Shown here piece by piece: positions 10,500 to 18,958 of a DNA stretch of 37,737 bases. The DNA lies in contig JAZOAA010000023.1 of assembly GCA_045595265.1 (NCBI GenBank), positions 1 to 37,737 on the forward strand, given 5' to 3'. The number at the start of each line of letters is the position of its first letter. Within the stretch, counting starts at the first letter, position 1. The notes under the pieces are model-generated. The model was not told the DNA's origin. It made no database searches and was given only the letters and a program-made list of their open reading frames with translations. Source of the DNA: Eubacteriales bacterium (lineage in GTDB: Bacteria > Bacillota > Clostridia > Oscillospirales > CAG-272). The translations under genes and the position numbers were made by a program.

Positions 10500-11033
10500 T
10501 TATTTTTTATCCGGCTTTACGGGTGAGAGGATGATAGACATAAAGCGTCCCTCGAGAATAGGCTTTTTCTCAGCAACACCTGCATCGCGGCATGCCTCTT
10601 CAAACTTCTCGATAACCTCTCTGCCAAGCTCCATATGAGACATTTCTCTGCCCTTGAAGCGAACGACAGCCTTAACCTTATTCCCCTCTGCCAAGAATTT
10701 TTTAGCATGGTTGACGCGAGTATCAAAATCATGCTGCTCTATACGGCAAGAAAGCTGAACCTCTTTAACCTTAACGATAACCTGCTTTTTCTTAGCTTCC
10801 TTTTCCCTCTTGTCACGCTCGAAACAGAATTTACCGTAATCGATAGCACGACATACAGGGGGAGTAGCGTTAGCAACGATAAGTACGAGATCAACGCCGT
10901 TATTATAAGCATAATTACGCGCATCGTCAATGTTCATAATACCTATCTGCTCGTTATCAGGTCCGATAACTCTGACCTCGGGGGCTTTGATTTCTTCATT
11001 AAGAAGTAAATCCTTTTGGTTGCTCGGTTTAAT
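10500..11033 (-). CDS. infC: Translation initiation factor IF-3 (ATT start codon)
   Basis: IF-3 body IKPSNQKDLLLNEEIKAPEVRVIG...; GGAGG lies 9 nt upstream of ATT at 11031-11033. The track's ATG at 11090 adds a Cys/Phe-rich non-IF3 extension that overlaps the leader structure. Confidence 0.9.
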   Translation of the reverse strand: MKPSNQKDLLLNEEIKAPEVRVIGPDNEQIGIMNIDDARNYAYNNGVDLVLIVANATPPVCRAIDYGKFCFERDKREKEAKKKQVIVKVKEVQLSCRIEQHDFDTRVNHAKKFLAEGNKVKAVVRFKGREMSHMELGREVIEKFEEACRDAGVAEKKPILEGRFMSIILSPVKPDKK

Positions 11034-11187
11034 GGCTGTGTACCTCCAAAAACAAAAAAATGCATACGGAGAATTTCCGCACGCACACACGTATCCTAAA
11101 AGGAAATAAACGTATTAACCATACGCACCCTTGTGGTATGGTGAGAACGGAAATTCTGCTTTGATTTATGAAATATCTTTCAATTTC
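11034..11187 (-). promoter_or_regulatory. infC-rpmI-rplT 5' leader, candidate L20-responsive attenuator
   Basis: Leader of about 150 nt between the promoter and the infC SD. It has a 10-bp long-range helix (11148-11157 with 11070-11079), inner hairpin ACCAUAC/GUAUGGU, then U7-G-U5 (11048-11060) just before the SD. Confidence 0.5.
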
Positions 11188-11193
11188 GCAAGT

Positions 11194-11222
11194 ATTATAC
11201 CACTCTTTTTAATGTTTGTCAA
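11194..11222 (-). promoter_or_regulatory. Sigma-A type promoter of the infC operon
   Basis: Minus strand: TTGACA (11217-11222), 17 nt spacer, TATAAT (11194-11199). Confidence 0.75.
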
Positions 11223-11327
11223 TAGGTTTTTTTATTTTTTTTGAAATTCTTTTGCCCTTTTTATTTTTTTCTGCATTTTCTACTTATTTCACAAACATTT
11301 TGGTGATAAATTGTTAAAAATACCATC

Positions 11328-11356
11328 TTTACAAACGAGAAAAAAAGATGTATAAT
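11328..11356 (+). promoter_or_regulatory. Promoter of orphan small RNA
   Basis: TTTACA (11328-11333), 17 nt spacer, TATAAT (11351-11356). Confidence 0.6.
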
Positions 11357-11362
11357 GTAATA

Positions 11363-11550
11363 GCGCAAGGCGGTTATATATATTTTCGCTTTGCGGTATG
11401 ATACGTTTGCCCAAAGAAGCATCAATCTTATGATGCCAAAGCACGGAGGGCGGCTACATATTTTTATAGGTATGCGGAATACCGCGTGCTGTGAACAGAG
11501 CTTTATGCTCAAACGGGGGTTGTCAAATGCAGGGACAGCCCCTTTTTGTT
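11363..11550 (+). ncRNA. Unclassified structured small RNA (promoter-to-terminator unit, about 190 nt)
   Basis: Bounded by its own promoter and a 9-bp terminator (11516-11524 / 11534-11542) plus T5GTT. Internal hairpins: CGCAAGGCG/CGCTTTGCG (11364-11395), GCATCA/TGATGC (11419-11436), and GCGGTAT (11393-11399) or GGTAT (11469-11473) competing for ATACCGC (11479-11485). No RBS-preceded ORF. The next gene has a separate promoter. Confidence 0.5.
11516..11550 (+). terminator. Intrinsic terminator of the orphan small RNA
   Basis: GGGGTTGTC-aaatgcagg-GACAGCCCC followed by TTTTTGTT. Confidence 0.8.
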
Positions 11551-11578
11551 ATTAATATAATAAATGTAGAGTTTTGTA

Positions 11579-11607
11579 TTGACAAAATATAAATCATATG
11601 TTATAAT
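11579..11607 (+). promoter_or_regulatory. Promoter of the SPFH gene
   Basis: TTGACA (11579-11584), 17 nt spacer, TATAAT (11602-11607); AGGAGAA RBS before ATG 11642. Confidence 0.75.
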
Positions 11608-11641
11608 TTTGATATCAAAATAATATCACAAGGAGAAAACA

Positions 11642-12658
11642 ATGCAAGAAAAAATTTTAACAACAAAAAAGCTTGGTATGCCCATGTTGCTTCTTACAAT
11701 ACTTTTAATGGCAGCTTCAGTGGCGGTTATCGTTCTCGGCGGCTTTATGAGCACGGAAGAAGCGCCATCGCCTATCCTGTTTATCGGCATACTTCTGTGT
11801 TGCGTCACATGGATTCCCCTGCTCGGTCTTAAGGTCCTAAAACCGCAGGAGGCTCTTGTTATTACACTCTTTGGAAAATACAGAGGAACACTTAAGGGGG
11901 ACGGATTTTTCTGGATCAACCCATTTTCGTCCTCATTTAACCCCGCTGCAAAAACCAAGCTGAGTCAAAGCGCTGACGTTTCAACCCCCATCAACATAAT
12001 TCAAGGAACACAATCCTCGCAAAGCATCGATCTTGCCGCGGCATCAAATAAGATTTCTCTTAAGATAATGACACTCAACAACGCAAAACAAAAAATCAAT
12101 GACTGTCTCGGCAACCCCGTTGAAATAGGAATTGCTGTTACTTGGAAAATAGTTGATACTGCCAAAGCGGTATTTAACGTGGACAATTATAAGGAGTTCC
12201 TCTCTCTTCAGTGTGACAGCGCCCTACGTAACGTAGTAAGAATATATCCTTACGACATCGCACCTAACGTTGATACTACCGGAGACGGTGTTGCTGATGA
12301 AGGAAGCCTGCGCGGCTCAAGCGAGGTCGTTGCGGATAGAATAAGAAACGAAATTCAGAAAAGAGTTGACGAAGCGGGTATTGAAATAATTGAAGCTAGA
12401 ATAACCTACCTTGCTTATGCACCCGAAATCGCAGCGGTAATGCTTCAACGCCAGCAGGCATCAGCTATAATTGATGCAAGACGAATGATAGTTGACGGTG
12501 CTGTTGGAATGGTCGAGATGGCCCTTGAACGCCTGGCAGATAACGAAACGGTGGTTCTTGATGACGAAAGAAAAGCTGCCATGGTATCCAACCTGCTTGT
12601 AGTTCTCTGCGGTAACAAAGACGCGCAGCCCGTGGTAAACTCCGGCACCCTTTATTGA
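11642..12658 (+). CDS. SPFH/Band-7 (stomatin-prohibitin-flotillin) domain membrane protein
   Basis: 338 aa. Two N-terminal hydrophobic segments, then LKVLKPQEALVITLFGKYRGTL..GFFWINPF, typical of the SPFH domain start, and a C-terminal A/Q-rich helical region. Confidence 0.75.
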   Translation: MQEKILTTKKLGMPMLLLTILLMAASVAVIVLGGFMSTEEAPSPILFIGILLCCVTWIPLLGLKVLKPQEALVITLFGKYRGTLKGDGFFWINPFSSSFNPAAKTKLSQSADVSTPINIIQGTQSSQSIDLAAASNKISLKIMTLNNAKQKINDCLGNPVEIGIAVTWKIVDTAKAVFNVDNYKEFLSLQCDSALRNVVRIYPYDIAPNVDTTGDGVADEGSLRGSSEVVADRIRNEIQKRVDEAGIEIIEARITYLAYAPEIAAVMLQRQQASAIIDARRMIVDGAVGMVEMALERLADNETVVLDDERKAAMVSNLLVVLCGNKDAQPVVNSGTLY

Positions 12659-12670
12659 CGAGGGCGTAGA

Positions 12671-12853
12671 ATGAAGGATACTGCGGATAATTCAAAAAAA
12701 CAAGTTCCTTTGAGGCTTTCAAAGAAGCTATACGATGCAATAGCAAAATGGGCTGATGATGATTTTCGCTCGGTTAACGGACAGATAGAATATCTTCTGA
12801 CCGAATGTGTAAGGCGCAGAGGCGTTAAGAATTTGGCTGAAAAAGACGAATAA
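12671..12853 (+). CDS. Small Arc/MetJ-type ribbon-helix-helix protein
   Basis: 60 aa. KKQVPLRLSKKLYDAIAKWADDDFRSVNGQIEYLL matches the RHH beta-strand/helix/helix pattern. GAGGG RBS; 12 nt after the SPFH stop. Confidence 0.6.
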   Translation: MKDTADNSKKQVPLRLSKKLYDAIAKWADDDFRSVNGQIEYLLTECVRRRGVKNLAEKDE

Positions 12854-12860
12854 TTATTTA

Positions 12861-12896
12861 GGGACGGCATCATTTTTGCCGTCCCATTTATTTTTT
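12861..12896 (+). terminator. Intrinsic terminator after the SPFH-RHH pair
   Basis: GGGACGGC-atcattttt-GCCGTCCC followed by ATTTATTTTTT. Confidence 0.85.
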
Positions 12897-12919
12897 AAGA
12901 AATATTTTTTCGAAAACTA

Positions 12920-12948
12920 TTGACAAAACTATATTTATATGATATACT
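12920..12948 (+). promoter_or_regulatory. Promoter of the ylxM-ffh-rpsP operon
   Basis: TTGACA (12920-12925), 17 nt spacer, TATACT (12943-12948). Confidence 0.7.
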
Positions 12949-12988
12949 TGTAAAGCAATTTACTTTACAGCACTCGGACGGTAGAATT

Positions 12989-13339
12989 ATGTTTGAGAAA
13001 AATATGAAAATTGCATATTTGCTCGACTTTTACGGCGATGCGCTCGACGATCACGTCAGCACCGTAATGCGCGCATATTATAATGAGGATCTTTCTCTTG
13101 CGGAAATAGCCGATGACGTCGGTATTTCCAGACAAGGAGTCCGTCATCTTATTAAAAAAGGCGAGGAGCTTATTGAGTTTTATGAAGCAAAATTCGCTCT
13201 TGCCGCACGTCACACAGAGCTAACGGAGGTGTGCAAATCTCTTACCGAGATAGGCGAACGAATTGCACGCTCAGATACTACATCAGCCGATGCACAAGAG
13301 CTTTCTCGCATTGTCGGAATAATTTTGAAAGGAAACTGA
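12989..13339 (+). CDS. ylxM: YlxM/p13-like putative DNA-binding protein (UPF0122)
   Basis: MFEKNMKIAYLLDFYGDAL...YYNEDLSLAEIADDVGISRQGV (sigma-70 region-4-like HTH), immediately upstream of ffh. The track start at 12920 lies inside the promoter -35. Confidence 0.85.
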   Translation: MFEKNMKIAYLLDFYGDALDDHVSTVMRAYYNEDLSLAEIADDVGISRQGVRHLIKKGEELIEFYEAKFALAARHTELTEVCKSLTEIGERIARSDTTSADAQELSRIVGIILKGN

Positions 13340-13340
13340 T

Positions 13341-14669
13341 ATGTTCGGAAATCTTACCGAAAAGCTTGCAGGAGCTTTCAAGAAATTCAGAAGCAAAGGC
13401 AAGCTTACCGAAGCCGATGTAAAAGAAGGCATGCGCGAAGTAAAGCTTGCGCTTCTTGAGGCGGACGTAAACTTTAAGGTGGTCAAGGATTTCGTAAAAT
13501 CGGTTACCGAGCGTGCTATTGGCAGCGAGGTTCTTGAAAGCCTTTTACCCGCGCAACATATAGTTAAAATCGTTAACGAGGAGCTTATTCGCCTTATGGG
13601 CGGTGAAACTCCTAAAATAAATATAAGCCCAAAGCCCCCTACGGTTATCATGATGGTCGGTCTTCAGGGTGCCGGTAAAACAACCCACGCGGCAAAGATC
13701 GCAGGTATGTATAAGCAAAAAAGCAAGTCTCCCCTGCTCGTCGCATGTGACGTTTACCGTCCAGCAGCGGTTGACCAGCTAAAAATAGTCGGTGAATCGC
13801 TTAATATTCCCGTTTTTTCGATGGGTACTAAAATTTCGCCTGTCGAAATTGCAAAAGCCGGTATAGAACACGCAAAGAGAAACGGTAACGATATGGTGAT
13901 TATCGATACCGCCGGCCGTCTTCACATTGACGAAGAGTTGATGAATGAGTTGGTGAATATAAAAAGAACAACCGACCCTTCCGAAATTCTTCTCGTGGTT
14001 GATGCGATGACAGGACAAGATGCCGTTAACGTTGCAAAATCATTCAACGACCTGCTCGACATTACCGGCGTCGTTATGACCAAAATGGACGGTGACACCC
14101 GTGGCGGTGCTGCCCTATCTGTTAAATATATTACCGGAAAACCGATCAAGTTTATCGGTACGGGCGAAAAGCTTGATGCTATTGAGATATTCCATCCAGA
14201 CAGAATGGCATCAAGAATTCTCGGAATGGGAGATATTCTCTCTTTGATTGAGAAAGCGGAAGCAGCCTATGATGAAAAGAATGCCAAAGAGCTTGAGAAA
14301 AAAATGCGTGAGCAGACCTTCTCACTCGAGGACTTTCTTGATCAAATGCGCCAGCTTAAAAAAATGGGAAATCTCGATCAAATTCTCGCAATGATGCCCG
14401 GTGCAAATGCCGGTGCACTTAAAAATGCGCAGATTGATGAAAAGCAAATGGCAAGAATAGAGGCTATCATACTTTCTATGACACCGGAAGAAAGGCTGAA
14501 GCCCGATATTATCAATGGCTCAAGACGCAAGCGTATAGCTAGAGGCAGCGGAACGCAGGTTGAGGACGTCAACCGTCTCTTAAAGCAATTTGACCAGATG
14601 AAAAAAATGATGAAGCAGCTTTCGGGTAAGAACCTGAAGCGCTTCAGCGGCATGAGATTGCCGATGTAA
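13341..14669 (+). CDS. ffh: Signal recognition particle protein Ffh
   Basis: 442 aa. [10 protein letters not shown]-loop, DTAGR, TKMDGD, and a Met-rich C-terminal M domain. Confidence 0.97.
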   Translation: MFGNLTEKLAGAFKKFRSKGKLTEADVKEGMREVKLALLEADVNFKVVKDFVKSVTERAIGSEVLESLLPAQHIVKIVNEELIRLMGGETPKINISPKPPTVIMMVGLQGAGKTTHAAKIAGMYKQKSKSPLLVACDVYRPAAVDQLKIVGESLNIPVFSMGTKISPVEIAKAGIEHAKRNGNDMVIIDTAGRLHIDEELMNELVNIKRTTDPSEILLVVDAMTGQDAVNVAKSFNDLLDITGVVMTKMDGDTRGGAALSVKYITGKPIKFIGTGEKLDAIEIFHPDRMASRILGMGDILSLIEKAEAAYDEKNAKELEKKMREQTFSLEDFLDQMRQLKKMGNLDQILAMMPGANAGALKNAQIDEKQMARIEAIILSMTPEERLKPDIINGSRRKRIARGSGTQVEDVNRLLKQFDQMKKMMKQLSGKNLKRFSGMRLPM

Positions 14670-14721
14670 TACTTGTTTATACAAAAATAAAAATATAAAA
14701 TCATTTTGGAGGAAAAAGAAA

Positions 14722-14967
14722 ATGGCAGTTAAAATCAGACTTACTAGAATGGGTAAAAAGAAGAATCCCTTCTACCGCGTTGTTGTTGCAGATCAGAGAT
14801 CTCGCCGCGATGGTGCACCTATTGAGGAAATCGGTTACTACGATCCTATGACTGAGCCCGCTAGCATCAAGATCGATGCTGAGAAGGCACAGAAGTGGCT
14901 TGCTAACGGAGCTCAGCCCACTGATACTGTAAGAGCCCTTCTTAAGAAGAGCGAAATTATTAAGTAA
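14722..14967 (+). CDS. rpsP: 30S ribosomal protein S16
   Basis: [31 protein letters not shown]; GGAGG RBS. Confidence 0.97.
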   Translation: MAVKIRLTRMGKKKNPFYRVVVADQRSRRDGAPIEEIGYYDPMTEPASIKIDAEKAQKWLANGAQPTDTVRALLKKSEIIK

Positions 14968-14984
14968 TTTTCGCAGGTACAGTG

Positions 14985-15218
14985 ATGGATTTCAAGAAAA
15001 TACTTACTGACATCGCGCGCGCCCTTGTTGACGAGCCTGATGCCGTGGTTGTTACCGAAGAGGTTGACGGGGACGACATCGAGCTTACCCTCACCGTTGC
15101 GGAAAACGACACCGGTATGGTTATAGGCCGTCATGGCAGAATAGCTAAGGCTATACGCCAAATAATGAAAGCGGCAGCTAACACCTGCGGCAAACGCGTT
15201 ACCGTAGAAATTAAATAA
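14985..15218 (+). CDS. KH-domain RNA-binding protein (YlqC-like)
   Basis: VIGRHGRIAKAIR is a GxxG KH motif; conserved position after rpsP. The start is either ATG 14985 or GTG 14982. Confidence 0.88.
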   Translation: MDFKKILTDIARALVDEPDAVVVTEEVDGDDIELTLTVAENDTGMVIGRHGRIAKAIRQIMKAAANTCGKRVTVEIK

Positions 15219-15231
15219 TTTCTCAAAATAT

Positions 15232-15260
15232 GCCCTCTTTTGAGGGCGTATTTTTCTTTT
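15232..15260 (+). terminator. Intrinsic terminator after the KH gene
   Basis: GCCCTC-tttt-GAGGGC followed by GTATTTTTCTTTT. Confidence 0.8.
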
Positions 15261-15264
15261 TATA

Positions 15265-15293
15265 TTGACTTGCGAGTTAATATAATATATAAT
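15265..15293 (+). promoter_or_regulatory. Promoter of the fumC/malic enzyme pair
   Basis: TTGACT (15265-15270), 17 nt spacer, TATAAT (15288-15293). Confidence 0.65.
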
Positions 15294-15330
15294 ATTTATA
15301 TTATTTTATGTAAATGGTGAATTTTGAAGT

Positions 15331-16707
15331 ATGGAATACAGAGTAGAACACGATTCAATGGGTGATATAAGGGTCGATGCCGATAAGCTCTGGGGCGCAC
15401 AGACCCAGCGCAGTCTTGAAAACTTCAGAATAGGAGTTGGCAAGGAGCAAATGCCCGAGGAAATTATTCGTGCATTTGCAGTTTTGAAGCTCGCGGCGGC
15501 AGAGGCTAACCGAGAACTTTTACCAACCAAAATGACTGAAGAGAATTTGCAGGCGATAAAAGATGTATGCAAAAAGATCTTAAATGGCGAGCTTTCAGAG
15601 CATTTTCCGCTCGTAGTTTTTCAGACCGGATCCGGTACACAAACCAATATGAACGTCAACGAAGTGATAGCAAATGCGGCAAATGAAATTTTGCGCGCGT
15701 CAAAGCTTCACCCGAACAACGACGTAAATATGTCGCAATCGTCAAACGATACATTTCCGACAGCAATGCATATTAGTGCGCATCTCGCAATCAAAAACAA
15801 TCTTCTGCCCGAGATTAACTTGCTAATTAAAGAATTCGTTCGTCTGGAAGAAGAAAACAAGGATGCTATTAAATGCGGGCGGACGCATCTGCAGGACGCA
15901 ACACCGATAACCTTTGCTCAGGAAATATCGGGCTGGCGTGCGTCTCTTGAAAGAGACTTGCAAATGATTGAACAGTCGTCCTCTGCCCTCACCTATCTCG
16001 CTCTTGGAGGTACAGCGGTAGGTACGGGGCTTAACGCGCCCGACGGATTTGATACCATTGTCGCGGAAAAGATTTCAGAGCTAACCGGATACAAATTTAA
16101 GACTGACCCGAACAAATTTCACTCTCTTACATCTAAAGACGAGCTAGTATTTACGCACGGTGCGTTGAAATCGCTTGCCGCAGATCTTATGAAGATAGCT
16201 AACGACATCCGTTGGCTTGCATCAGGACCGCGTCTCGGACTTGGAGAAATTACCATCCCCGAAAACGAACCCGGCTCATCTATCATGCCCGGAAAGGTAA
16301 ATCCCACACAGTGCGAGGCTCTAACCATGGTGGCAGCACAGGTAATGGGCAACGACGTTACTATTGGCATTGCAGCATCACAGGGTAATTTCGAGCTTAA
16401 CGTCTATATGCCTGTTTTAATATACAATTTTCTGCAGTCATGCCGACTTCTCACCGATGCTATCCGATCGTTCAGAACCAACTGTGTCACGGGAATAAAA
16501 GCTAACAAAGAAAAAATGAAAAATAACCTTGAGCGCTCGCTCATGCTTGTTACCGCTATAAGCCCGCATATTGGCTACGAAAACGCGGCAAGAGTCGCAA
16601 AGCTTGCTCATGAGAAAGGTCTGACGCTGAAGGAAGCAACGCTGCAGCTTGGATATTTGACGGAAGAAGAATTTAACGAACTATTTCACCCCGAAGAAAT
16701 GATTTAA
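15331..16707 (+). CDS. fumC: Fumarate hydratase, class II
   Basis: 458 aa. [28 protein letters not shown] and the fumarate-lyase signature [15 protein letters not shown]. Confidence 0.95.
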   Translation: MEYRVEHDSMGDIRVDADKLWGAQTQRSLENFRIGVGKEQMPEEIIRAFAVLKLAAAEANRELLPTKMTEENLQAIKDVCKKILNGELSEHFPLVVFQTGSGTQTNMNVNEVIANAANEILRASKLHPNNDVNMSQSSNDTFPTAMHISAHLAIKNNLLPEINLLIKEFVRLEEENKDAIKCGRTHLQDATPITFAQEISGWRASLERDLQMIEQSSSALTYLALGGTAVGTGLNAPDGFDTIVAEKISELTGYKFKTDPNKFHSLTSKDELVFTHGALKSLAADLMKIANDIRWLASGPRLGLGEITIPENEPGSSIMPGKVNPTQCEALTMVAAQVMGNDVTIGIAASQGNFELNVYMPVLIYNFLQSCRLLTDAIRSFRTNCVTGIKANKEKMKNNLERSLMLVTAISPHIGYENAARVAKLAHEKGLTLKEATLQLGYLTEEEFNELFHPEEMI

Positions 16708-16717
16708 GGAACACAAA

Positions 16718-17890
16718 ATGGACATCAGAAAAGAATCACTAAAAAAGCATTACGAATGGAACGGAAAAATCGAGGTAATCTCCCGCGCGCCCATTGAGAC
16801 AAGAGAGGACCTCTCACTTGCCTACACCCCGGGAGTTGCCGAGGCTTGTCTTGAAATCGAAAAGGACGTTAATAAATCCTACGAGCTGACGCGAAGAAAC
16901 AACCTTGTTGCGGTTATTACCGACGGAACTGCTGTGCTAGGTCTTGGCGACATTGGACCTGAAGCAGGTATGCCTGTTATGGAGGGAAAATGCGCACTGT
17001 TTAAGGCCTTTGCCGACGTTGACGCATTCCCACTTTGCATTCGCTCTAAAGACGTTGACGAAATCGTAAGAACCGTCGAGCTTATTTCGGGCAGCTTTGG
17101 CGGTATAAACCTTGAGGACATTGCCGCTCCCCGTTGCTTTGAGATTGAAAAAAGGCTTAAAGAGGTCTGTGACATTCCCGTATTTCACGATGACCAGCAC
17201 GGAACTGCCATTGTTGTTGCGGCAGCGCTTATTAATGCGCTTAAGGTTGTTAAGAAGGATATTGCAAAGGTCAAGGTAGTTATTAACGGCGCGGGGGCTG
17301 CGGGCTGCGCTATCGGCAGACATCTCCTTAACGTCGGTGTAAAAAATCTTATAATGGTTGACAGATTCGGCATCATCTCTAAAGGTGACGAGTCACTCTC
17401 GGAAGCTCACAAGGCAATTGCAGAGATAACAAACAAAGAAGGACTCACAGGAACACTTGCAGATGCTATGCGTGGCTCTGATGTATTTATCGGTGTTTCA
17501 GCCCCCGGAATTGTCTCGGGGGATATGGTAAAATCTATGGCTGAAGATGCGATAGTTTTCCCTATGGCAAATCCCACACCCGAAATTATGCCTGACCTTG
17601 CAAAAAAGGCGGGAGCAAGAGTCATTGGCACAGGTCGCTCCGACTTCCCGAACCAGATAAACAACGTCCTCGCATTCCCCGGTATCTTCCGTGGCGCACT
17701 TGATTGCAGAGCAAGCTCAATAAACGAGGAAATGAAGGCTGCAACCTCTTATGCGTTAGCATCCCTCATTCCCGAAAACGAGCTTAACGAGGAAAACATC
17801 ATACCCTCCGCACTTGACAAAAACGTAGCATCGGTTGTCGCCGCAGCGGTTATCAAAGCGGCAAAAGAAACGGGTGTTGCAAGAATTTAA
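16718..17890 (+). CDS. NAD(P)-dependent malic enzyme (short, about 390-aa type)
   Basis: LSLAYTPGVAEAC, VITDGTAVLGLGDIG, NGAGAAG Rossmann motif, and ANPTPEI. Confidence 0.92.
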   Translation: MDIRKESLKKHYEWNGKIEVISRAPIETREDLSLAYTPGVAEACLEIEKDVNKSYELTRRNNLVAVITDGTAVLGLGDIGPEAGMPVMEGKCALFKAFADVDAFPLCIRSKDVDEIVRTVELISGSFGGINLEDIAAPRCFEIEKRLKEVCDIPVFHDDQHGTAIVVAAALINALKVVKKDIAKVKVVINGAGAAGCAIGRHLLNVGVKNLIMVDRFGIISKGDESLSEAHKAIAEITNKEGLTGTLADAMRGSDVFIGVSAPGIVSGDMVKSMAEDAIVFPMANPTPEIMPDLAKKAGARVIGTGRSDFPNQINNVLAFPGIFRGALDCRASSINEEMKAATSYALASLIPENELNEENIIPSALDKNVASVVAAAVIKAAKETGVARI

Positions 17891-17948
17891 TAATTAATAA
17901 AGAAGAGCCGAGATGGAAAAATCAAAATCCAAATCGACTCTTTCTTAT

Positions 17949-18947
17949 TTAACAAACGGTAAATGCCTCGTCTTTAACTGTAAGAAAAACCTTGCCTACA
18001 TTTTCACCTCTGTAAAGCACCTGTTGTGCTTCATCAGCCTCTTCTATCGGGAATGTTTTATAAATCTTGAGCTTCATTTCTCCGTTTTCAAACTTGCACC
18101 AGGTTTTTCCAACAAGCTCGTTTAAGAGATGTCCTTTTTCCTCGGGAGTTTTACTTCTGAGGGTGCTGCCTATTATACGAATATTCTTAACGAATACGTT
18201 TCTAAAATCAACGGCAGAAATATCACCCGCAAGGCTTGCAATCTGAATCCAACGGCAGCCTCTTGCAACATATTTAAGGCATCTTCCAAGCTCCTCGCCT
18301 GCAAGACAGTCTATTGCGATATCTACGGGAGTTCCGTTTTGCTCCTCTTCGCGAAGCACCTCAGCAATATCCTCTTTCGTAGTGTCAACAACTCGGTCTA
18401 CCTTAAGATAAGATACTTCTTTTACCTTTTCTTCACCCAGAACTGTAGTTATAACGCGAAGTCCAAACGCTTTTGCCATCGGAATAACCGCACTTGCAAG
18501 ACCACTTGCGCCCGCATTCATAAGAAGAGTTTCCCCCGGCTTTGCATCACCTACATAAAATAGATTCAAATATGCGGTCATATAAACCTCAGGGATAGCC
18601 GCTGCCTCAACAAAGCTAAGGCCCTTTGGAATAGGCATTACCATCTCAGCAGTAACACTGACGTACTCGGCATATCCGCCTCCACCAAGAAGCGCACATA
18701 CCTTATCTCCGACCTTCCAGCGAGTTACATCGGGGGCAACTTCTTTAATAATACCCGCAACCTCAAGTCCGGGCCACTCCGGGCATCCCGGAGGTGGCGG
18801 ATAATTCCCCTCTCTCTGCAAAAGGTCAGCGCGGTTTATAGCAGCCGCATATACTTCAATCATCACCTCGCCTAACTTCAGCACAGGGTTCGGCACGTCA
18901 TTATAACGTAGGCTTTGATCTTCTTTACAAATTACTATTGCTTTCAT
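17949..18947 (-). CDS. NAD(P)H:quinone oxidoreductase / zeta-crystallin-type MDR family
   Basis: MKAIVI...AAAINRADLLQREGNYPPPPG...NAGASGLAS. Start at ATG 18947 after GGAGTG; the track start at 18977 would overlap the upstream stop. Confidence 0.85.
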   Translation of the reverse strand: MKAIVICKEDQSLRYNDVPNPVLKLGEVMIEVYAAAINRADLLQREGNYPPPPGCPEWPGLEVAGIIKEVAPDVTRWKVGDKVCALLGGGGYAEYVSVTAEMVMPIPKGLSFVEAAAIPEVYMTAYLNLFYVGDAKPGETLLMNAGASGLASAVIPMAKAFGLRVITTVLGEEKVKEVSYLKVDRVVDTTKEDIAEVLREEEQNGTPVDIAIDCLAGEELGRCLKYVARGCRWIQIASLAGDISAVDFRNVFVKNIRIIGSTLRSKTPEEKGHLLNELVGKTWCKFENGEMKLKIYKTFPIEEADEAQQVLYRGENVGKVFLTVKDEAFTVC

Positions 18948-18958
18948 ATTCACTCCAA

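Noticed and set aside
11261-11512. 83-aa minus-strand ORF in the infC/SPFH intergenic region
   Set aside because: It has no RBS and a Cys/Phe/Ile-rich implausible sequence. The region is better explained by a plus-strand promoter-RNA-terminator unit.
11363-11550. Possibility that the orphan RNA is SRP RNA (ffh is nearby) or 6S RNA
   Set aside because: I could not find the SRP domain IV GGAA-tetraloop/symmetric-loop sequence, and it is shorter than the Bacillus-type SRP RNA. For 6S RNA I could not build the required long helix closing the 5' and 3' ends. It is left unclassified rather than named.
11626-11958. 110-aa minus-strand ORF overlapping the start of the SPFH gene
   Set aside because: It is antisense to a well-supported CDS and its promoter/RBS, and has no translation signals of its own.
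12920-12988. Longer N-termini offered by the ORF track: ylxM 12920, araC 21952, DHQase-like 22067, unknown protein 26756, rpmI 10487, infC 11090, rnc 2913, SDR 21067, MBL 19570, qor 18977, rsmA 28226
   Set aside because: In each case the upstream start is a non-ATG codon. Alternatively it lies inside a promoter hexamer, an RBS or a hairpin, or it overlaps the upstream gene. A downstream ATG with a proper SD gives an N-terminus that matches the family.
17891-17948. Possible bidirectional terminator between the convergent malic enzyme and qor genes
   Set aside because: The candidate stem (GAGCCGAGATGG / CCAAATCGACTC) has several mismatches and no clean U-tracts. This is not strong enough to call.
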